From the NCBI GenBank assembly GCA_028404505.1, contig JAOOBM010000002.1, positions 90,587 through 154,586 of the forward strand: a stretch of DNA of 64,000 nucleotides, written 5' to 3'. Position numbers and translations under genes: made by a program. This DNA is from Acidimicrobiaceae bacterium. Its GTDB lineage: Bacteria; Actinomycetota; Acidimicrobiia; Actinomarinales; Actinomarinaceae. Shown piece after piece: positions 58,578 to 64,000 of this stretch. Numbering within the stretch: position 1 is the stretch's first letter; each line of letters begins with the position of its first letter. Under the pieces are notes generated by a model. The model was not told the DNA's origin. It was given only the letters and a program-made list of their open reading frames with translations, and ran no database searches.

Positions 58578-59548
58578 TACTTTACTTCCAATTCATTTGA
58601 TGAATCAGTTCCAGCTGATCCTTCAAGCCTATATCCTGTGACCTCAAGAAAAACATCATCAAGAGTTGGTTTGCTTGCTGAAACTGAACTAACAATTATT
58701 CCATTTTTATTTAAGTCATTTATAAAACTTGGAATTTTTGCAGCACCATTTTCGACTGTAATTCTTAATTGGTCTTTATCTTCAATTGCATCATTTAAAA
58801 CATTTTTTGCATTTTTTAAATCTGAATCATTTTCAAAAGAAAAGGTAATCACATCACCACCAATGCTTGCTTTTAATTCATCTGAAGTTCCCTCAGCTAC
58901 GACAAGACCTTCATCTATAATTGCTAAACGATCTGCCAACTCATCAGCTTCTTCGAGATATTGTGTTGTAAGAATAATTGTTACTCCATTATCACGAAGT
59001 CTTTTTATTTCCTCCCAAAGAACTCTTCTAGAACCAGGGTCTAACCCTGTTGTTGGCTCATCAAGAAAAAGAATATCTGGAGAATGAACAAGACTTAATC
59101 CAAGATCAAGTCTTCTCTTCATTCCTCCAGAATAAGTTTTAACACGTCTATCCGCAGCTTCAGTTAAACCAACAAGTTCTAAAAGCTCCATAGTTCTTTT
59201 TTCTGAATCTTTTTTTGAATATCCCCAAAGTCTGCAGGTTGTAAAAAATAATTCTTTTCCTGTTAGCAAATTATCAATGCCAGTATCTTGAAGAGCTACA
59301 CCAATTTTTTCTCTGACCTCTTTATCTTTGGTGACAATATCTAGACCTAAAATTGATGCTTCTCCTTTTGTAATACTTAAAAGTGTTGTAAGCATCAATA
59401 TTGTTGTAGATTTACCTGCACCATTTGGACCAAGTAATCCAAATATCTCACCTTGCTCTACTTGGAAACTAACGTCTTTAACAGCCTCAACTGTCTCTTG
59501 TTTTGTAACAAAAGTTTTTTTTATATTTTTAACATCTACAGCAAGCAA
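58577..59548 (-). CDS. ABC transporter ATP-binding protein (ABC-2/DrrA-like exporter).
   Basis: Walker A GPNGAGKST, signature YSGGMKRRL, and Walker B ILFLDEPT. Confidence 0.85.
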   Translation of the reverse strand: MLAVDVKNIKKTFVTKQETVEAVKDVSFQVEQGEIFGLLGPNGAGKSTTILMLTTLLSITKGEASILGLDIVTKDKEVREKIGVALQDTGIDNLLTGKELFFTTCRLWGYSKKDSEKRTMELLELVGLTEAADRRVKTYSGGMKRRLDLGLSLVHSPDILFLDEPTTGLDPGSRRVLWEEIKRLRDNGVTIILTTQYLEEADELADRLAIIDEGLVVAEGTSDELKASIGGDVITFSFENDSDLKNAKNVLNDAIEDKDQLRITVENGAAKIPSFINDLNKNGIIVSSVSASKPTLDDVFLEVTGYRLEGSAGTDSSNELEVK

Positions 59549-59601
59549 GTTAATCCTTTTATAGGTAGTTATTTATGAAATTAGTTTAACCTATTTTTTA
59601 T

Positions 59602-59674
59602 GGCCGCGTAGCTCAGGGGATAGAGCACAGGTTTCCTAAACCTGGTGTCGCAGGTTCGAATCCTGCCGTGGCCG
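59602..59674 (+). tRNA. tRNA-Arg (anticodon CCU).
   Basis: I folded it by hand. The acceptor stem GGCCGCG/CGTGGCC has one G-U pair, the anticodon stem CAGGT/ACCTG has loop TTCCTAA, and the T-arm is GCAGGTTCGAATCCTGC. Confidence 0.8.
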
Positions 59675-59682
59675 CTAGAATG

Positions 59683-59880
59683 CTACTTTAAATTTTCTGC
59701 AGAAGTTTTACCGTTATTTTCTACAATTTCAAATTCAAGCTCTTGACCTTCTTCAAGGTCTTCCATTCCAGAATTTTTAACTGCAGAAATATGAACAAAG
59801 ACGTCTTTATCGCCTTCTTCAGGTTCAATAAAGCCATAACCTTTAGTTTTGTTGAACCATTTAACTTTACCTTTTGGCAT
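59683..59880 (-). CDS. cspA: Cold-shock protein (CspA family).
   Basis: [19 protein letters not shown]1 motif and VFVHISA RNP2 motif. Confidence 0.9.
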   Translation of the reverse strand: MPKGKVKWFNKTKGYGFIEPEEGDKDVFVHISAVKNSGMEDLEEGQELEFEIVENNGKTSAENLK

Positions 59881-59948
59881 GTATTTCCTTTTGTAATATC
59901 TTTACGACAAAGTAACAGTAACGTGATTAATTTTTTAGTTTGCTAATT

Positions 59949-62042
59949 TTAAAAAATACTTTTTTGGGATCCAGAATTTAAATAATTTTGAGCATATATA
60001 CCAGCTAGTGAAACGGATTTAATTTCTAACCAAGTAAAAGGATTTGGTATTTCATTTTTAACATAACTCAAAAAAGTTTCGATAGCTTGTTTGTGACCTT
60101 TACCGTCGGAAAACACCTTACTCTTATCATCTGATCCGATTAAATATCTCATTAGCTGGAAATCTTCAACAATAAATGAATTTTCACTTCCATGAATCTC
60201 TAGTCTTTCTTTAGATAATTTGTTATTTGTATCTGAAAAATATTGAATTGCAGCGTGCGCACCGTTTGCATAATTTATATTTATAAAGACTTGATTGTCA
60301 TACACTTCATCAGATTCTTTATTTATCGGACTATGAGAAGATATGCTTTGTGGTAGTGAATCAAAGAAATAAGTTCCCAAGTCTATTGCATGGATAGCTT
60401 CACCTACTATCCTCCCTCCACCTATTTCCTTAATATTGGTCCAGTGATCTTTTTCCAATTTTGGAACACTAAACCTAAAATTTAAAGCATTGGCTGGTGA
60501 AGTGTTTAATTTTTCCTTTATAAACTTTGATGCTTCACTAAATCTTCTATTAAAACCTAGAAAAATTTTTGGATCTTCAGCGTTGTACATAGCCTCTTCA
60601 ATTTTTGTTATTGAATCTACTTCAATTGCCAATGGTTTCTCTACATAAACAGCCTTACCCGAGTTTATTCCTTTAATTACTAAATCAGCGTGATTGAAAT
60701 GTTGAGTAAGGATAAATACAGCATCTATTTCGTCTGATTCAAATATTTCGTCTTCTGTTGAGTATTTATTCTTGATTTTAAAATTTTTAGCAAGAGCCTC
60801 GGAACTTAATCCTCCTGAGGACGAAACTCCTAATACCTGACAAGATCTTCTAAGTTCCTTTAGTACAGGAATAATTGTTGTTGAAGCAAAATTGCCTGCT
60901 CCAATAACTCCAACTTTAATTTTTTGATTTTTTTCAGGGGTAATATCGTTTTTTTCAAATTGAATTTTAGGCTCATTTTTTAAATCATATCTAAGCAAGA
61001 CTGACAAAGGTTTTTTATCGGAATTAAAGGAATTATATATCTCAGAAGATTCAGCAAAATCAACTTCCTCAGTAATTAAATCTTGAATGGTGATCTGGCC
61101 CTGTGATAAGAGTTTTAAAAAAGCTTCAAAATTTCTATTTTCGGTCCATCTAACGTATTCAATTGGATAATCATTTCCTAGTACTTCATATTGCTTATCA
61201 TATCTTCCAGGTCCATAAGACTTTGAGACAACTAACTCAAGTTCTTTATAGTAAAACTCATTTCTTGAAATATTCAAAGGAATATCTCCAACAACAACAA
61301 TTTTTGCTTTATTCCTTGCAATTTTTGTTGCAGCTTCAATTGGTTCATTGCTATCAGAAGCTGCTGTGATAATTATCGAATCTACTTCCTCTACAGGTAA
61401 ATCATTAATTGAGGAAAAAAAGTTTTTACTATCTCCCCTTCTTGTTTCATCAGGATCAATACCAAAAACTTCTGAGCCTTGTGCCTCTCCTAACCTGCAT
61501 ACTAGTTGACCCACTATGCCCAAACCTACAACTACAATTCTTGAGCCCAGTGAAGTTTCTGATAAACGTAGACCATGTAAAGCTATGCTTCCCAAGACTG
61601 TATAAGCTGCTTCTTTTTCATTTGTGTTTTCAGGGATTCTCGAACATAAGTTTTGATTTACTACAACATATTCTGCGTGATTACCATTAGAAACAACCAT
61701 GTCACCAACATGAAAGCTTTTTACGTTTTCACCAATTTCAATAACTTTTCCACATGAGCTATAACCAAGCTGTATAGGTAATATATTTTTTGGAAATACA
61801 GCATTCCAAACAGCCCTCACTCCTTCTTTTTCAAGAAGTTCAAGACCCTTTTCAATGTTTGATGAATTTTGTAATTTATCAGTTACAGATTTATTTGCAG
61901 ATTCAATTGCTGCCGTTTCAGTTCCAGTTGATACTACTGAGTAATGATTTTTAATTAGTATCTCTCCTGGTCCTGGCTTTGGAATTGGGGTCTCCCATAA
62001 GATTGGTTCAGGATTATTTTTTTCAACAACTAATTGCTTCAT
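59949..62042 (-). CDS. Bi-domain oxidoreductase: an N-terminal MDR/zinc-type alcohol dehydrogenase-like domain fused to a C-terminal Gfo/Idh/MocA NAD(P)-binding oxidoreductase.
   Basis: The N-terminal half has the GroES-like/MDR fold with a Rossmann motif VVGLGIVG. The C-terminal half begins KVGVIGAGNFAS, the Gfo/Idh/MocA Rossmann motif. Confidence 0.7.
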   Translation of the reverse strand: MKQLVVEKNNPEPILWETPIPKPGPGEILIKNHYSVVSTGTETAAIESANKSVTDKLQNSSNIEKGLELLEKEGVRAVWNAVFPKNILPIQLGYSSCGKVIEIGENVKSFHVGDMVVSNGNHAEYVVVNQNLCSRIPENTNEKEAAYTVLGSIALHGLRLSETSLGSRIVVVGLGIVGQLVCRLGEAQGSEVFGIDPDETRRGDSKNFFSSINDLPVEEVDSIIITAASDSNEPIEAATKIARNKAKIVVVGDIPLNISRNEFYYKELELVVSKSYGPGRYDKQYEVLGNDYPIEYVRWTENRNFEAFLKLLSQGQITIQDLITEEVDFAESSEIYNSFNSDKKPLSVLLRYDLKNEPKIQFEKNDITPEKNQKIKVGVIGAGNFASTTIIPVLKELRRSCQVLGVSSSGGLSSEALAKNFKIKNKYSTEDEIFESDEIDAVFILTQHFNHADLVIKGINSGKAVYVEKPLAIEVDSITKIEEAMYNAEDPKIFLGFNRRFSEASKFIKEKLNTSPANALNFRFSVPKLEKDHWTNIKEIGGGRIVGEAIHAIDLGTYFFDSLPQSISSHSPINKESDEVYDNQVFININYANGAHAAIQYFSDTNNKLSKERLEIHGSENSFIVEDFQLMRYLIGSDDKSKVFSDGKGHKQAIETFLSYVKNEIPNPFTWLEIKSVSLAGIYAQNYLNSGSQKSIF

Positions 62043-62067
62043 TTAACCTCTCAAGAATTAATGATAA

Positions 62068-62724
62068 CTAGATTATTTCACTTATTAAGGGGGAGGTTAA
62101 ATTTAATAGTTCACCTGATGGTGTTTCTATCATTAATGATCCATCATCATTTATGTCTTTAGCCCACCCTCTCCCTTCAGGATATTCAACGAGCTTCCCT
62201 AAGGTAGTGAGTTTCGACATATAGTTTTCCAGACTGAAATCTTCATTTTCGATATAGTTTAGAATTGTTCTTCCCCATTCCTCAGCATCTTGAAAAATTT
62301 TTCGATCATCTTGTTTTTCTTCATATATTGCCCCAGCTCCAGGTAAATTTGGATTTTTCCAAAAATAATTTATTCCTAAACCAATGCAAATAAGATCATT
62401 ACTTTCTTCTACAAGGACTCCACCAACTTTGTCATCATTAAAAATTATGTCGTTTGGCCATTTTAATTTGAGTTTTTGATTTTTAATTAAAGAAACATAT
62501 GAGTATCCAGCCAAAAGTGGAATAAGTGTTTTAGTAAAGTTAACAATTTTTTTATTAAACACTAATGAAGTAGCCAGACTTTGATCAGCATTTTGCCACT
62601 TATTTTGGTTAGTACCACGACCAAAAGTTTGTGCTTTACTCACTATCAAGAGTGGCTCTTCTTTAAATTCATTCATAGCAAAGTCTTGTGTGTTATCAAC
62701 TTCATCAAAAAAAATAGATTTCAT
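62068..62724 (-). CDS. birA: Biotin--[acetyl-CoA-carboxylase] ligase.
   Basis: BPL catalytic motif GRGTNQNKW, and divergent placement next to an acyl-CoA carboxylase beta subunit, as for birA/accD5 in mycobacteria. Confidence 0.75.
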   Translation of the reverse strand: MKSIFFDEVDNTQDFAMNEFKEEPLLIVSKAQTFGRGTNQNKWQNADQSLATSLVFNKKIVNFTKTLIPLLAGYSYVSLIKNQKLKLKWPNDIIFNDDKVGGVLVEESNDLICIGLGINYFWKNPNLPGAGAIYEEKQDDRKIFQDAEEWGRTILNYIENEDFSLENYMSKLTTLGKLVEYPEGRGWAKDINDDGSLMIETPSGELLNLTSPLISEII

Positions 62725-62788
62725 AGTGTTACTTCTTTACATATATATAGGTCAAATATATAGATTAATAATAATAAGAAAGTTGGGC

Positions 62789-64000
62789 ATGTCGGAAGAA
62801 AATTTAGCTGACGTACGTAATGAAAAAGCAAAAAAAATTCAGCATCCAAAAGGAAAATTAACCGCATATGAAAGGATTCATTTACTTTTAGACGAAGGTT
62901 CGTTTTCTGAAATAGATGAAAATGTAGTTTCAGAAGAAAATCCTGAAGGTGAAGCAGTTGTTACAGGATCTGGCACAATTCATGGAAGGCCTGTTTTTGT
63001 TTTCTCCGAAGATTTTTCCGTCATGGGCGGGAGTCTTGGAGAAATAGTTGCAAAGAAAATTTTACGAATAATGGATCTCGCTTTGGAAGCAAAAGCTCCG
63101 GTAGTTGGTATTAAAGATTCGGGTGGGGCAAGAATTCAAGAAGGGATTTCTTCTTTATATGGATATGCACAAATATTTAAAAAAAATGTCGAAGCATCAG
63201 GAAAAATTCCACAAATATCTGTAATTGTAGGTCCATCGGCTGGTGGGGCAGTTTACAGTCCAGCATTAACTGATTTTATTTTTCAAGTAAAAGATATAGG
63301 ACAACTTTATGTGACCGGCCCTAATGTAGTAAAAACAGTTACCGGTGAAGAAGTTACTTATGAAGAACTAGGCGGTGTTGAGGCTCATGGAACTCAATCA
63401 GGAGTGAGTCATCAAGTTTGTGAAACTGAGGAACAAGCTTTTGAAGAGGTAAGATACCTTCTTAGTTTTTTTCCTCAATCATCAGATCAGAAGCCTCCAA
63501 ATTTTATCACTGAAGATGATCCGTCAAGAAATGTAGATTCTTTGGAATCCTTAATACCAGAACATAGAAATCAACCATATGATATGAATGAAGTAATAAA
63601 CAATATTGTCGATGATGGAGAGCAGTATCCAATTCATGCAAACTATGCTTTAAATATCATTACTTCATTTGTAAGAATAAACGGAAATACAATTGGAGTA
63701 GTTGCAAATCAACCAATGGAACTTGCTGGAGTTTTAGATATAAATTCCTCAATTAAAGCATCAAGATTTGTAAGATTTTGTGATGCATTTAATATCCCTC
63801 TCCTAACTCTTGTTGATGTGCCTGGATTTTTGCCAGGTGTAGAGCAAGAACATGGAGGAATTATTAGGAGTGGGGCAAAACTTTTATATGCATACTCAGA
63901 AGCTACTGTTCCAAGAGTCTGTGTAGTAATACGTAAGGCATATGGTGGGGCTTATATAGTTATGGATTCAATGGGTTTAGGAGCAGACAAACTTTTTGCA
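62789..64000 (+). CDS. pccB: Acyl-CoA carboxylase carboxyltransferase (beta) subunit, propionyl-CoA carboxylase-like; the 3' end is truncated by the window.
   Basis: ATG at 62789. Sequence MSEENLADVRNEKAKKIQHPKGKLTAYERIHLLLDEGSF... and duplicated crotonase-like carboxyltransferase halves. The ORF runs to the window end with no stop. Confidence 0.8.
   Translation, partial: MSEENLADVRNEKAKKIQHPKGKLTAYERIHLLLDEGSFSEIDENVVSEENPEGEAVVTGSGTIHGRPVFVFSEDFSVMGGSLGEIVAKKILRIMDLALEAKAPVVGIKDSGGARIQEGISSLYGYAQIFKKNVEASGKIPQISVIVGPSAGGAVYSPALTDFIFQVKDIGQLYVTGPNVVKTVTGEEVTYEELGGVEAHGTQSGVSHQVCETEEQAFEEVRYLLSFFPQSSDQKPPNFITEDDPSRNVDSLESLIPEHRNQPYDMNEVINNIVDDGEQYPIHANYALNIITSFVRINGNTIGVVANQPMELAGVLDINSSIKASRFVRFCDAFNIPLLTLVDVPGFLPGVEQEHGGIIRSGAKLLYAYSEATVPRVCVVIRKAYGGAYIVMDSMGLGADKLFA

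Noticed and set aside
62725-62788. Direct repeat ATATATAG-N5-ATATATAG between birA and pccB, as a possible BirA operator.
   Set aside because: It is not an inverted repeat as BirA operators are, and it is indistinguishable from AT-rich -10-like promoter sequence.
1-64000. CRISPR arrays, transposases, IS elements and prophage genes.
   Set aside because: No spaced direct-repeat arrays and no recognisable transposase or integrase appear in any frame. The only plausibly mobile or defence-like content is the methyltransferase pair at 32923-34197.

Overview
The window is densely coded (about 65 genes, nearly all on long multi-gene strands) and about 30-33% GC. Gene order nonetheless matches Actinobacteria: mazG-eno-ftsB-DUF501-ppx, divergent birA/accD5(pccB), pyrR-pyrB-pyrC-carA-carB-pyrF, and sufB-sufD-Rieske-sufC. 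The likeliest source is therefore a streamlined low-GC marine actinobacterium; a Candidatus Actinomarina-like lineage is my inference, not something I could search for. Contents from start to end: transketolase (partial); a 2-oxoacid dehydrogenase operon (lpd, a fused E1 alpha-beta, E2, a fused LipB-LipA); an MBL-fold hydrolase; an acyl-CoA dehydrogenase; sufC-sufS-sufE; gpt divergent from a BMP-family nucleoside ABC importer; the pyrimidine operon followed by a miniaturised PyrD-like protein, a mini PRTase and an unknown 286-aa protein; rpiB and fumC; a second suf operon (sufBD-Rieske-sufC); a small unknown ORF tightly coupled to an SPPY-motif beta-class (probably N4-cytosine) DNA methyltransferase; two ABC exporter half-transporters; a PNPOx-like::MenA fusion plus MenG; a TlpA-like thioredoxin plus a DsbB/BdbC-like protein; a DTE-motif proton-pumping rhodopsin with its own terminator, next to a class II CPD photolyase; a sugar ABC uptake locus with two paralogous binding proteins, a ROK kinase and an unknown lipoprotein; tRNA-Leu(UAA); ppx, DUF501, ftsB, eno, mazG, an epimerase, pgsA, pth, rplY; an ABC-2 exporter; tRNA-Arg(CCU); csp; a bi-domain MDR/Gfo-Idh-MocA oxidoreductase; birA; and pccB (partial). 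I found no CRISPR array, transposase, integrase or rRNA. The most interesting features are the gene fusions and miniaturised enzymes, the candidate restriction-modification pair, the light-related rhodopsin/photolyase/quinone/disulfide cluster, several palindromic operator candidates, and the higher GC of the rhodopsin and binding-protein genes.
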